From contig OZ024754.1 of assembly GCA_964016885.1 (NCBI GenBank), positions 9,920,001 to 9,984,000 on the forward strand: a stretch of 64,000 nucleotides of DNA. The letters run 5' to 3'. Below the pieces are notes generated by a model that did not search any database, was not told where the DNA came from, and saw only the letters and a list, made by a program, of their open reading frames with translations. A program made the position numbers and the translations under genes. Below, piece after piece: positions 25,633 through 40,444 of the stretch. Numbering within the stretch: position 1 is the stretch's first letter; the number at the start of each line of letters is the position of its first letter. The stretch comes from Eledone cirrhosa. Lineage: Eukaryota.

Positions 25633-26060
25633 ATATACATACATATATATAAACATTACACAGATGCATATATACATATGCACACTCGCACATATTATAC
25701 ACACATTACTTATATACACGCACACACTCAAATATATATTACATACACAATGTATATATAAACACTTATGTTTATATATGTATATATATTATATATATAT
25801 ATACTAACACAGACACACACACATGTATATAAATATACAATTTAAAATCCACTGATCAATATGTTGACTATAAGTTTTTGGCTGATTTATGATGTTTTAA
25901 ATGAATTTTGGCACATGATAAAAATTATTCTCTGCCATTTTTCTAATGGTTTAAGATCGAAAGCCAAAAATGTACTGCTTTGATTATTGGCATAATTTAT
26001 AGGGCTTCCCGGCAATACAACCATTACAAAGTACTGAGTAGTGATTTAAGATAAATGAAA

Positions 26061-26415
26061 GGAGGCACATGGCTTAGTGGTTAGAGCATTGGCCTTGCAA
26101 TCGAAAGGTTGTGAGTTCAATCCTCAGACCGGGTGATGTGTTGTTTCCTTGAGCAAGACACTTTATTTCACATTGCTCCAGTTTACTCAGCTGTAGAAAT
26201 GAGATGATAGGGACTGGGGGTCCATATCATTCCACTACAAAGTGGTCGTGGAGGTGCCACGGCAAAAAAAAGCACCCAGCACTCACTGTAAATGAGGTTG
26301 GTGTTAGGAAGGGCATCCAGCTGTAGAAATCAAGCCAAAATCAGTTCCCGTCCCACCCTTGCAAGCAGGGAAAAAGCGGACGTAAAATGAAATGATGATG
26401 ATGATGATGATGATG
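26061..26415 (+). mobile_element. SINE A, full length
   Basis: ggaggcacatggcttagtgg...gagttcaatcc...gcagggaaaaagcggacgtaaaatg-(atg)n. Confidence 0.9.
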
Positions 26416-27469
26416 AAATGTTAAGCTTCACACAGGAGTTGAACCTGAGTAGTTTCATTTGGAGTAAACCAAGTCATCAACAATTAGGTCAGTTTAGAAG
26501 ATCTTGCAAAGCTTTTGAGATGAAACAGCACATTTTTCTAAGGTTATCCCGACAACCTTGCTGGTGTTATCAATAAATTGAAAACACTATAGTAGAGGCC
26601 AAAAGAAAAAGCATGTCGATGTGTCAAAAGTAGGAGACAAGATGTCTAACGTATATCCAATTTTACTTCTATATCTGATATAACCTCAAAATAAAAATGG
26701 TTTAAATATTTGCAGCTAAATCTAATTGCCTAGCCATATCTCTCTCTTCATTTCTCACCTTTGACTTAATCTGTTTTAGCCTGAAACAACTTAAGCTCCA
26801 AAAACTTAATTTCTCATCTAACTATTGAACACGTGATCATAAAACACTGCCAACACAAACTGCACTTTACATCAAAAGGGAACAGTGAATGCTTGATAGA
26901 AATAACAAATTAACAGACAGATAAAATATGAAAATTACTAGCCAGAAACAATAAAAATTGATTTCTGTCTTAGCAATATAAACCAACCAGTATGATCCCA
27001 ATTTCTCTCGTTAGATATTTGTCTATTGATTGTGGTCAAACTACTACAGGTATAGTGTTAGTAATATATATTTACCACACCAGTCTGAACTTAATTCTAC
27101 TTCCAAAACACAACAGTATTTATATCGATCTTTTTTTCATTTTTCCTTTCTTTTCTTTTAGTATTCTTTACAAGTATCTTACTTATATACATACATATAT
27201 ATATACATACATATATATATACACACTTATTAATCTTTTCTTTTTATATATATTTCCTATAATCTCTATCATCACTAGTTTTTGATCTACTGGTGCATGA
27301 TGAGAATAGGATAGTTCTGCAAATTTTTAATATTTGCACATCGATTACAAGAGTAAATGATACTTTTCCAATAGAGTTCACATATTACTTGTTGCCAGAC
27401 AGACACAGTAGAGTAACATGCTTTCTACAATATAATAATAATAATAATAATAATAATGATGATAATTAA

Positions 27470-29993
27470 AAGGTCAGATGTGTGGCCGAGGAATTACCAT
27501 TAGGGTGGGATTGATGTAGAAAACAACTTCGCTAAGAACAGCAAAGATTCTAAGGAGGGTGTTGGAAAATTGAAAGAGAAGGAATTACCGAAAGGACCTT
27601 TGGGTCATTGGGTATGGTTCGCTATTTTGGTATAGTGTCGGTATAACATCTGTCAGAGCAACAGCGTTATTAGGGTACTCGAAAAATAAGGGGTTTTACC
27701 TTAGTTCACTGGTAGTGAACAGCTAACACTGTAATACATCTCCAGTGTTAGAAGCTGAGATAAGGGGTGTTACCTCAGTTCACACTGTAATATATCTCCA
27801 GTGTTAGAAGCTGAGATAAGGGGTGTTACCTCAGTTAACACTGTAATATATCTCCAGTGTTAGAAGCTGAGATAAGGGGTGTTACCTCAGTTCACACTGT
27901 AATACATCTCCAGTGTTAGAAGCTGAGATAAGGGGTGTTACCCCAGTTCATACTGTAATACATCTCCAGTGTTAGAAGCTGACATAAGGGGTGTTACCTC
28001 AGTTCACACTGTAATACATCTCCAGTGTTAGAAGCTGAGATAAGGGGTGTTACCCCAGTTCACACTGTAATACATCTCCAGTGTTAGAAGCTGACATAAG
28101 GGGTGTTACCCCAGTTCACTGGTAGTGAACAGCTAACACTGTAATACATCTCCAGTGTTAGAAGCTGAGATAAGGTGTGTTACCTCAGTTCACACTGTAA
28201 TACATCTCCAGTGTTAGAAGCTGAGATAAGGGGTGTTACCCCAGTTCACACTGTAATACATCTCCAGTGTTAGAAGCTGACATAAGGGGTGTTACCCCAG
28301 TTCACTGGTAGTGAACAGCTAACACTGTAATACATCTCCAGTGTTAGAAGCTGAGATAAGGGGTGTTACCTCAGTTCACACTGTAATACATCTCCAGTGT
28401 TAGAAGCTGAGATAAGGGGTGTTACCCCAGTTCATACTGTAATACATCTCCAGTGTTAGAAGCTGACATAAGGGGTGTTACCTCAGTTCACACTGTAATA
28501 CATCTCCAGTGTTAGAAGCTGACATAAGGGGTGTTACCTCAGTTCACACTGTAATACATCTCCAGTGTTAGAAGCTGACATAAGGGGTGTTACCCCCAGT
28601 TCACTGGTAGTGAACAGCTAACACTGTAATACATCTCCAGTGTTAGAAGCTGAGATAAGGTGTGTTACCCCAGTTCATACTGTAATACATCTCCAGTGTT
28701 AGAAGCTGAGATAAGGGGTGTTACCTCAGTTAACACTGTAATACATCTCCAGTGTTAGAAGCTGAGATAAGGGGTGTTACCTCAGTTCACACTGTAATAC
28801 ATCTCCAGTGTTAGAAGCTGACATAAGGGGTGTTACCCCAGTTCACTGGTAGTGAACAGCTAACACTCTAATACATCTCCAGTGTTAGAAGCTGAGATAA
28901 GGGGGTGTTACCCCAGTTCATACTGTAATACATCTCCAGTGTTAGAAGCTGAGATAAGGGGTGTTACCTCAATTAACACTGTAATACATCTCCAGTGTTA
29001 GAAGCTGAGATAAGGGGTGTTACCTCAGTTCACACTGTAATACATCTCCAGTGTTAGAAGCTGAGATAAGGGGTGTTACCTCAGTTAACACTGTAATACA
29101 TCTCCAGTGTTAGAAGCTGAGATAAGGGGTGTTACCTCAGTTAACACTGTAATACATCTCCAGTGTTAGAAGCTGAGATAAGGGGTGTTACCCCAGTTCA
29201 TACTGTAATACATCTCCAGTGTTAGAAGCTGAGATAAGGGGTGTTACCCCAGTTCATACTGTAATACATCTCCAGTGTTAGAAGCTGAGATAAGGGGTGT
29301 TACCTCAGTTAACACTGTAATACATCTCCAGTGTTAGAAGCTGAGATAAGGGGTGTTACCCCAGTTCATACTGTAATACATCTCCAGTGTTAGAAGCTGA
29401 GATAAGGGGTGTTACCCCAGTTCATACTGTAATACATCTCCAGTGTTAGAAGCTGAGATAAGGGGTGTTACCCCAGTTCATACTGTAATACATCTCCAGT
29501 GTTAGAAGCTGAGATAAGGGGTGTTACCTCAGTTCACACTGTAATACATCTCCAGTGTTAGAAGCTGAGATAAGGGGTGTTACCTCAGTTCACACTGTAA
29601 TACATCTCCAGTGTTAGAAGCTGAGATAAGAGGTGTTACCCCAGTTCATACTGTAATACATCTCCAGTGTTAGAAGCTGAGATAAGGGGTGTTACCTCAG
29701 TTCACACTGTAATACATCTCCAGTGTTAGAAGCTGAGATAAGGGGTGTTACCTCAGTTCATACTGTAATACATCTCCAGTGTTAGAAGCTGAGATAAGGG
29801 GTGTTACCTCAGTTAACACTGTAATACATCTCCAGTGTTAGAAGCTGAGATAAGGGGTGTTACCTCAGTTAACACTGTAATACATCTCCAGTGTTAGAAG
29901 CTGAGATAAGGGGTGTTACCTCAGTTAACACTGTAATACATCTCCAGTGTTAGAAGCTGAGCGAAGAAACAACAGTAATAATAATAATAATAA
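27470..29993 (+). mobile_element. 5'-truncated R4/Dong-like LINE 3' end with an expanded 3' UTR
   Basis: About 27506-27573 translates as TIRVGLM*KTTSLRTAKILRRVLEN*. The block has (TAA)n on both sides and the 56-bp array sits before the tail. Confidence 0.6.
27726..29962. repeat. 56-bp minisatellite, roughly 38 copies
   Basis: Unit acactgtaatacatctccagtgttagaagctgagataaggggtgttacc(t/c)cagttc. A longer variant with actggtagtgaacagcta recurs at intervals. Confidence 0.97.
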
Positions 29994-30128
29994 TTGTTTC
30001 TACTTTTGGCACAAGACCAGCAATTACCCAGTGCATTACTGGTACTCTATTTTATCGACCCCGTAAGGATGAAAGGCAAAATTAACCTCGGCGGGATTTG
30101 AACTCAGATTGTAAAGGGACGTAACTCT
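29993..30128 (-). mobile_element. SINE B, 5'-truncated
   Basis: Matches the family B 3' half and B box, and sits in (TAA)n. Confidence 0.85.
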
Positions 30129-30257
30129 GGTGGAAATAATAATAATAATAATGACAATAATAATGTAGACGTAAGGTTTGAACTCATTACTTTAAAATAA
30201 CACAAGCAGTTACACTTTGCCCTGAATGTTGTGTATTATTGTCACAAACAAAAACCA

Positions 30258-30292
<35 letters not shown>

Positions 30293-31452
30293 CTGGAGTA
30301 ATTTCACATGCTCTATAAAGTTAGTCTTCATTAAAGGTGGATTGAGAAGATGGGGGGGGGGGGGTGAGGAGGGGAGAGAGATGTGGAGGGGTGAGGAGAA
30401 GATGAAGGGGAGGAAGACGAGGAGAAGGATGAGGAAGACGAGGAGAAGGATGAGGAAGATGAGGAAGGGGAGGAAGATGAGGGAGGAGGAGGAAGATGAG
30501 GGAGGAGGAGGAGGAAGACAATGAAGATGAGGAAGATGAGAAGGAAGATGAGAAGAAGGAAGAAGAAGAGAAGAAGGAAGAAGAAGAGAAGAAGGAAGAA
30601 GAAGAGAAGAAGGAAGAAGAAGGAAGAAGGAAGAAGATGAAAGATGAGGAAGATGGAGAGGAGAATGAGGAGGAAAAGAAAGAGAGACGAGGTTGTAATA
30701 GAAAAAGTAGCAATGCTATTAAATTGCCAAGAATATTGCAAAGGTCAAGCGAGAGTGGCTGTACAAGTTACATTTAATCATATAAATGTAAATGAATCAA
30801 GTAAATTACGAAAGGAACATCAATATTGATGCAAATATAATCAAAAATAAAACAAATGAGACTAAAAGTAATTAATGAACTAATCATGTTTGAGCAATTA
30901 ACAATCTAAGCAGTATGATCCACCTGAATTTCTTAAGAAGCACAGTTTTAAATACATTCATAGGAATAACTATTTCAATATAAAATAGTGATGTTATAGT
31001 TCTAGGAACCATTGATACTGAAAGGTGTGTGTGTGGTGTAGTTGTGTGGTGTGTGGTGTGTGTATATATGTGGTGTATGTGTGTGTGTGTGTGTGATGTA
31101 GTTGTGTGTGATGTGTGTGTATATGTGGTGTAGTTTGTGTGTGTGTGTGTGATGTGTGTGAATGGTGTAGTTGTGTGGTGTGTGTGGTGAGTGTGTGAAT
31201 GGTGTAGTTTGTGTGTGTGAATGGTGTAGTTGTGTGTGTGTGAATGGTGTAGTTGTGTGTGTGTGAATGGTGTAGTTGTGTGTGTGTGAATGGTGTAGTT
31301 GTGTGCGTGTGAATGGTGTAGTTGTGTGTGTGTGGTGCGTATGTGTGAATGGTGTAGTTGTGTGTGTGGTGTGTTTGAATGGTGTAGTTGTGTGTTGTGT
31401 GTGAATGGTGTGTGTGTGTGTGTGAATGGTGTGTGTGTGTGTGTGTGAATGG

Positions 31453-31483
<31 letters not shown>

Positions 31484-31707
31484 TGTGAATGGTGTAGTTG
31501 TGTGTGTGGTGTGTGTGGTGTGTGAATGGTGTAGTTGTGTGTGTGGTGTGTGTGGTGTGTGAATGGTGTAGTTGTGTGTGTGTGTGTGGTGTAGTTTTGT
31601 GTGTGTGGTGTAGTTGTGTGTGTGAATGGTGTCTGTGTGAATGGTGTAGTTGTGTGTGTGTGCGTGTGTGCGTGTGTGTGTGTACATGTGGGTGTGTGTG
31701 CGTGTGT

Positions 31708-31755
<48 letters not shown>

Positions 31756-33760
31756 TGTGGGTGTGTGTGCGTGTGTGTGTGTGTGTGTGCGTGTGTGTGT
31801 GTGTGTGCGATGAACAAAGAGTTGTAAGTAATTTTTCCCGAAACACAAAAAGCTATCTGAGATGGAAGACATTAAACATTTCAGAGAATTGTGAGAAAGA
31901 AATGGATTGGAATTATTGTATTTCTAAGTTAAAATATCTGATGACATTGACAGTGATGATGATGATGGTAATGGTGGTGATGGTGGTGATGGTGGTAATG
32001 GTGGTGGTGGTGGTGGTGATGGTGGTGATGGTGGTGGTGATGGTGATGGTGATGGTGGTGGTGATGGTGGTGATGGTTGTGGTGATGGTGATGATGATGG
32101 TGGTGGTGATGGTGATGATGATGATGATGATTATAGTGATGATGATGGTGGTGATGGTGATGATGATGGTGGTGATGGTGATGATGATGATGGTGGTGAT
32201 GGTGATGATGACAAAGATGGCTATGAGAACAAGGATGACAAAGATGATGTTGAGGTGGTGCTGCCATAGTTATCTACAATGACCAGTTAAGACGGCACGG
32301 CGGCCATGTTGGTTGGCCAAGTGAGAAGTCTTAAGACAGACAATAATTAACAATGATTCATCAAAGACTAACAAACTATATATTGGGAGGAGGGGGTAGA
32401 GACTGGAGATATGTGAGGAGTGGGAGGTGGGGTGGGGTGAGGGGATGTAGGGAGTAGTGGGAGTTTGGGTAGGTAGTGGGAGGTGAGGCAGGGGCGGAGG
32501 TGAAGTGAAGTGAGGGGTGGGGTGATGGAGATGTGGGCGGAGGTGAAGTGAAGTGAGGGGTGGGGTGATGGAGATGTGGGGGGAGGTGGAGGGAAGGCGG
32601 GGGTGAGGCGAAGTGAGGGGAGATGAACAGTAGGGGGTGGTGTGGGTGAGGGAGGGAGGAGAGGTGGTGGTGATGGACAGGGGTGGGCTGAGGGAGGCCA
32701 GGTGGGGGGTGAGGAGTAGGCAGTGAGGTGGGGGGGGGGGGAGAAATTAAATGTCTGGCTGACATGTGTGGGTGTGAATTGATGGGGGTGTTGGAAGGAC
32801 TTTATAGTCAGCTTCCAGGAGAGAGAGAGGGATGAGAGGAGAGAGTGGGGATGGATGAGAGGAGAGAGTGGGGATGGATGAGAGGAGAGAGTGGGGATGG
32901 ATGAGAAGTGGGGATGGATGAGAGGAGAGAGTGGGGAGGGATGAGAGGAGAGAGTGGGGATGGATGAGAGAGAGCAATGCAGAGAGACAATGGGAGAGAG
33001 AGAGAGGTGAAAGAGAGAGAGAGATGCTGTTTCGGGGGGGAAAGGAAAAATGAGGTAAGAAAGGAGGTGGAGTGGAGGGGTGGTGAGGTAGGGTATAGCA
33101 GAGAGAGAGAGAGAGAGAGGGAGAGGTGAGGTAGGGTATAGCAGAGAGAGAGAGAGAGAGAGAGAGGGAGAGGTGAGGTAGGGTATAGCAGAGAGAGAGG
33201 GAGAGGAGAGGTGAGGTAGGAGGTTGAGTGGAGGAGAGATGAGGTATGAGGTGGAGTGGAGGGGAGGTGAGGTAGGGTTTAGCAGAGAGAGGGAGAGGAG
33301 AGGTGAGGTAGGGTATAGCAGAGATAGAGGGAGAGGTGAGGTAGGGTATAGCAGAGAGAGAGAGATAGAGGGAGAGGTGAGATAGGGTATAGCAGAGAGA
33401 GATAGAGAGAGAGAGGGGAGGTGAGATAGAGTGTAAAGTAGCAAAGAGCTGAATATCAGACAACAATTTGTAAGGTGGAGAGCCTTTGTCTGTGTTTGGC
33501 CTTGCTTCTATTCCCAACTTGCTCTCCAAGAGTTTCGGTAGCAATGGCTACTACTCTTGTCTCTCAGTCCAGTGCCATATCATCAATCACTCGGCTAATG
33601 ATGAGATATAATGCAGCTGGAGAAATTGAATTCTACCAGACAATGAAGAGCAATTCCAGTCATGGAAATAGTTTATGAAGATTCTAAAACTGGAAAATGG
33701 TAGAAATATCAACGATACACAGCAACAACAACAACAGCAGCAACGATAATAATAATAATA

Positions 33761-33961
33761 ATTGTTTCTACTTTGTTTCTATTTTAGGCACAAGGCCAGC
33801 AATTACCCAGTGCATTACTGGTACTTTATTTTATCGACCCCCGTAAGGATGAAAGGCAAAGTTAACCTCGGCGGGATTTGAACTCAGATCATAAAGGGAC
33901 GTAACTCTATGCGTCAAAGCATGGCGTCCGACCCTCTACCGATACTGCCAATCCACCGCCC
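33761..33961 (-). mobile_element. SINE B, full length
   Basis: Complete from tail to the gggcggtggattggcagtatcgg head, with (AAT)n on both sides. Confidence 0.9.
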
Positions 33962-36900
33962 TAAAGATAATAATAATAATAATAACATAAAGCAAGATAA
34001 ATGAAATAATAATAATAATAATTTATAACCAACCGAGAGATTTTAAAAGAGAAGAAAAAATATTGCCCTTATAAAATCAGAAAGGAGAACTATTTGTTAC
34101 ACACACACACACACACACACACACCCAGACAGAAATATATGTACACACACACAAACACACCTAGACAAAGATATATGCACACGCAAACATATCCAAACTC
34201 AGAAAAAGAGACACACACATTGACACACACACACACATGCATATGCATACACAACCCAGACAGAGATATATGCACACGCAAACATATCCAGACACACACA
34301 CAAACACATACAGATACACACACACCAACACATACAGATACACACACACCAACACATACAGATACACACACACCAACACATACAGATACACACACACAAA
34401 CACATACAGATACACACACACAAACACATACAGATACACACACACAAACACGTACAGATACACACACAAACACGTACAGATACACTCACACAAACACATA
34501 CAGATACACACACACACACACACAAACACATACAGATACACACACACAAACACAAACACATGCAGATACACACAAACACGTACAGATACACACACAAACA
34601 CGTACAGATACACACACACAAACACATACAGATACACACACACAAACACATACAGATTCACATACACACAGATACACAAACACATACAGATACACACAAA
34701 CACGTACAGATACACACACACAAACACATACAGATACACACACACAAACACATACAGATACATACACACAAACACATACACACACTTAAATGATACGGCG
34801 GGGGAGGGGGGGTGCGTGAATTAATACAGCACAAATAAAACAAAGGTCAACTATGTTAATAAAAGGTTGCCCTTTACTGAACATAGGGTGGGGTGGGGTG
34901 GGGTTTTAGGGGTGGGGTAGGGTAGAAGGGGGGGGGGGGAGATATATTTTGGTTCTTTTCATTTACAGCAGCAGCAGTGTTGTAGCCACCACCACCACCA
35001 CCACCATTATCATTCTACCTTCATCAACATCATCATCATCCTCTCAGTAACCCCCCCCCCTCCTCCTACTCCTCATCACCCTATCCCCCTCCTACACCTC
35101 ACCATCGTCATCTCCATCCACATCATTTCCATTATCATCACCTTTATCATCATTATGACCACCTCCGTCTTCATCACCACCACCACCGCCATCACCACCA
35201 CCACCATCACCACCACCACCACCACCACCATCATCATCACCAACATCATCATCACTATCATCATCATCACCAACACCACCACCACCACCACCATCATCAC
35301 TATCATCATCATCACCAACACCAACACCACCACCACCACCACTATCATCATCACCAACACCACCATTATCACTATCACTATCATCATCACCATCACCTCC
35401 ACTACCATCATCATTGTCATTATCACCAACACCTCCACCACTGCCACCACCATCACCATCACTATCAGCATCACCGACACCACCACCACCACCACCATTG
35501 TCATCATCACCATCATCATGATCATTTCATAGTTTTTGTTTTAGACGAAGTTTTATGTAGTCATCACCAACACCACCACCACCTCCACCAACACCACTAT
35601 CATCATCACCCCCCCCACCATCACCAACTTCATCAACACCTCCACCACCACCGCCACCACCACCGGCCGCATCATCAACACCACCTCCACCACCACCACC
35701 AACACCACCACAAACACCACAACCACCACCACCACCACCACCACCAACACCACCAACACCACAACCACCACCTCCACCACCACCACCACCACAAACACCA
35801 TCATCATCAACACCATGATCATGATTGTATCATAGTGTTTACATTTTAGACAAAGAAGAAGTTTTATGTAGTGTGAGAGCCAAAATGGTGAACTACAATA
35901 AAGAGAGCATCTGTTGATGATATTGCGATAATAATTCCTGATATTTCAAAGACTGTGGAAGAAGAGAAGAGCCTGTCTAATGAAACAAAAGAAGAAATGG
36001 CTACCCCTGGTAAATATCTAAAACTATGGCTGGAAATACTACAACGGAAATAAGCAAATGAGGTGGAAAATAATATACTTATCTAATTTACCAATCATAT
36101 TTGGCAATAGTTCTCTCTCGTATAATATTTACTTTCTTATGATTCATTAGTTAAATGAGACAGACCCAAATGTCCTGGCACTAGCGCATGATAGAGAGAG
36201 AGAGGGGGAAGGGAGGGGGGAGTGGAGAGAGAGGGGGAAGAGATGAGGAGAGAGAGAGAGGGATAGGGAGAGAGAGATGAGGAGAGAGAGAGGTGGAGAG
36301 AGATGAGAGAGAGAGAGAGGGGGGATAGGGGAAGTGGAGTGAGAAAGGGGTGAGAGAGAGAGCTAGAGAGAGAGAGATAGAGGGAAGAGAGAGGGAGAGA
36401 GAGAGAGCTAGAGAGAGAGATAGAGGGAAGAGAGAGGGAGAGGGAAGAGAGAGGGAGAGAGAGAGAGGGAAGAGAGGGGAAGGAGAGAGAGAGGGAAGAG
36501 AGGGGAAGGAGAGAGAGAGGGAAGAGAGGGGAAGGAGAGAGAGAGGGAAGAGAGGGGAAGGAGAGAGAGAGGGAAGAGAGGGGAAGGAGAGAGAGAGGGA
36601 AGAGAGGGGAAGGAGAGAGAGAGGGAAGAGAGGGGAAGGAGAGAGAGTGGAGAGAGAGGGGATGAAAGGGGGGGAAACAGATGAAGAGAGAAGGATAGGG
36701 GGAGAGAGATGAGAAGAGAAAGGGAGAGAGGGGGAGAAGTAGGGGGAGAGAGATGAGAAGAGAAAGGGAGAGAGGGGGAGAAGTGGAGTGAGAGCAGAGG
36801 AGAAAGGGGTGAGGTGGTAATGGTGGTAGTAGTAGTAGCAGTAGTTGACTAAATAAACTGACCAACCAGCCAAACGACCAAACAAACAAGAAGTTATGTC

Positions 36901-37722
36901 TGTTCATGCAGAGCATCATACCTCACAAGGCAATTGTTGTTGTTGTGGTGGTGGTGGTGGTGGTACATGTGGTGGTGGTGGTACATGTGGTGGTGGTGGT
37001 GGTACAGGTGGTGGTGGTGGTACAGGTGGTGGGGATGGTACAGGTGGTGGGGATGGTACAGGTGGTGGTGGTGGTACAGGTGGTGGTGGTACAGGTGGTG
37101 GTACATGTGGTGGGGATGGTACAGGTGGTGGTGGTGGTACAGGTGGTGGTACATGTGGTGGGGATGGTACAGGTGGTACATGTGGTGGTGGTGGTACAGG
37201 TGGTGGTGGAAGGTACAGGTGGTGGTGGTGGTACATGTGGTGGTGGTGGTGGTACAGGTGGTGGTGGTGGTACATGTGGTGGTGGTGGTGGTACAGGTGG
37301 TGGTGAAAGGTAGTGGATGGTACAGGTGACTCTAAAAGCCCCCCCCCCCCCCCCCCCCCTTCAAAAAAAAAAAGAAAATAGAAAAGAAAAGTGCACACAA
37401 CCAGAAAGCAGTAAACAAACAAAACAACAAACAACAACAATATTAACAAAAACAACGACAACAACAACAACAACAACGACGACAACAATAACAACAACAA
37501 CAATAACGACAACAATAACAACAACAACAACAACAACGATTATGAAGATAATAATAAGGATAATAAAACAGCAAGAATTACCAAAATTAAACTGACTAGA
37601 AATATTTGGAAAGGAAGGATGGATGGATGACATTAAAATGATGAATAAATATTTCATTTTCCACTGATCTTTTGCCAAATGATTTATGTGAGGGGGGGGG
37701 GAGCATGAGAGAGAGAGAGAGA

Positions 37723-37933
37723 AAGTAAGTAAATTAGAGATAGCTATATATATATATATATATATATACAGAAGAGAGAGAGAGAGAGAGCGAGAGAGAG
37801 AAAGTAAGTAAATTAGAGACAGCTATATATATATACAGAGAGAGAGAGAGAGAGAGAGAGAGTAAGTAAATTAGAGATAGCTATATATATATACAGAGAG
37901 AGAGAGAGAGAAAGTAAGTAAATTAGAGATAGC

Positions 37934-37980
<47 letters not shown>

Positions 37981-38106
37981 AGTAAATTAGAGATAGCTAT
38001 ATATATATATATACAGAGAGAGAGAGAGAAAGTAAGTAAATTAGAGATAGCTATATATATACAGAGAGAGAGAAAGTAAGTAAATTAGAGATAGCTATAT
38101 ATATAC

Positions 38107-38141
<35 letters not shown>

Positions 38142-38300
38142 GCGAGAGAGAGAGCGAGAGAGAGAGAGAGCGAGAGAGAGAGAGCGAGAGAGAGAGCGAG
38201 AGAGAGAGAGCGAGAGAGAGAAAGTAAGTAAATTAGAGATAGCTATATATATATACAGAGAGAGAGATAGAGAGAGAGAAAGTAAGTAAATTAGAGATAG

Positions 38301-38341
<41 letters not shown>

Positions 38342-38670
38342 GAGAGAGAGAGAGAGAGAGAAAGTAAGTAAATTAGAGATAGCTATATATATATATACAG
38401 AGAGAGAGAGAGGGAGAGAGAGAGAGGGGGAGAGAGAGAGGGGGAGAGAGAGAGGGGGAGAGAGAGAGAGAGAGAGGGGGAGAGAGAGCGGGAGAGAGAG
38501 CGAGAGAGAGAGCGGGAGAGAGCGAGAGAGAGAGAGCGAGAGAGAGAGAGAGAAAGATAGAGAGAGAGAAAGTAAGTAAATTAGAGATAGCTATATATAT
38601 ATACAGAGAGATAGAGAGAGAGAGAGAGAGAGAAAGTAAGTAAATTAGAGATAGCTATATATATATATAG
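37723..38670. repeat. Compound repeat: fixed 21-bp core agtaagtaaattagagatagc plus variable (TA)n and (AG)n, about 12 copies
   Basis: The core recurs near 37724, 37803, 37861, 37913, 37977, 38030, 38074, 38223, 38281, 38363, 38571 and 38635. Confidence 0.9.
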
Positions 38671-39251
38671 AGAGAGAGAGGGTGAGAGCAAGAGAGAGAG
38701 ACCAAGAAACACAAAGAGAGAGAGAGAGAAAGCAAAAGAGACCAAGAAACAACAAGAGAGACAGAGAGAGAGATGAAAATAGGTATGTAAGCAGATTGAA
38801 ACATAATTAGAGAAAACAATATTTTCACAGTGTATATATGTTTTAGTTCCATTATTCATAATTTAGTATTTATAATTAAGATTGTTTTATTTTTTTTATC
38901 TGTTCACTTTCACCATTTTTTCATCTCCAGTTTCTAGAGAGTTTCACTCTGTCTAGACAAGTTCAGCCATTTTGGTTTTTGTTTTGATTTTATTTGTTTT
39001 TGGTTCTAGATTTTTGTTCTCATTTCTTTCAAGTTTTATTATTGCAACATTTACAGAGCATTATTTTATGTTACATACAATTAGAATTAGAAATAAGATG
39101 AGACGAAAGGATTTAATAACTTTTCTCTATGTCAGTGTATGTAGTTGTATGTGTGGGTGTGTATACACAAATGTATATACATACATATATATGTATGTAT
39201 ATATATATGTATGTATATACCATGTATATATACATTTATATATATATATAC

Positions 39252-39299
<48 letters not shown>

Positions 39300-39577
39300 T
39301 TATATATATACATTTGTATACATACATATATATATATATATATATACATTTGTATACATACATACATATATATCTGTATACATACATACATAGATATATA
39401 TATATATCTGTATACATACATACATAGATATATATATATATCTGTATACATACATACATAGATATATATATATATATCTGTATACATACATAGATATATA
39501 TATATATATCTGTATACATACATAGATATATATATCTGTATACATACATAGATATATATATATATATATATATCTGT

Positions 39578-39611
<34 letters not shown>

Positions 39612-40444
39612 CTGTATACATACATAGATATATATATATATATATCTGTATACATACATAGATATATATATATATATATATATCTGTATACATACATAGA
39701 TATATATATATATATATGTATACATACATAGATATATATATATCTGTATACATACATAGATATATATATATATCTGTATACATACATAGATATATATCTA
39801 TATATATCTGTATACATACATAGATATATATATATCTGTATACATACATATATATACATCTGTATACATACATATATATACATCTGTATACATACATACA
39901 TATATATACATTTGTATACATACATATACATTTGTATATATATATATACATTTGTATACATATATATATATATATGTATACAAATATACATATATATATA
40001 TATGTATTTGCATATACATATTCATATATATATACGTACGTATATGCATATACACATGTGTGTGTGTGTAAGTCTATGCATGCATGTGTACTTTAACTCT
40101 TTCCATCTTAAAACTGGGTTCGTTGATTCAAATGTTTATAGTATCTTTATTAGTGGACAGATTGGTGTGAAAATTTTCAGTATTAAATCTTAACATCTTG
40201 TAATGATTTTTCATCCAAAAATATCTAAAGAATGGGTCTGTTAATTAAAATGTTTATAGTATTGTTACTTGCGGACAGATTGCTGTAAAAATTTGTAGGT
40301 AACTAAATAAGAATTTTCAAATTTAGCTTTAACATAGCTGTATATATGAATATATGTGTGAATTTCGTATATCTAAAGATATATGGTATGTTTAATAAGT
40401 AGACATTTTGAAAGCCCAGCTATGAATATTGAAAGGCTGGTGGC

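Noticed and set aside
27726-29962. CRISPR-like array (also considered for 37723-38670 and 63269-64000)
   Set aside because: There are no unique spacers and no cas genes, and the context is eukaryotic. These are tandem or compound repeats.
30331-30777. Glu/Lys-rich ORF
   Set aside because: It is a GAA/GAG purine tract with no splice or homology support.
33475-33678. 67-aa complex ORF
   Set aside because: It starts at GTG, has no recognisable motif and has only weak splice signals.
35850-36010. Protein-like stretch ASVDDIAIIIPDISKTVEEEKSLSNETKEEMATP with a possible donor
   Set aside because: There is an in-frame stop just upstream, no good in-frame acceptor and no recognisable homology.
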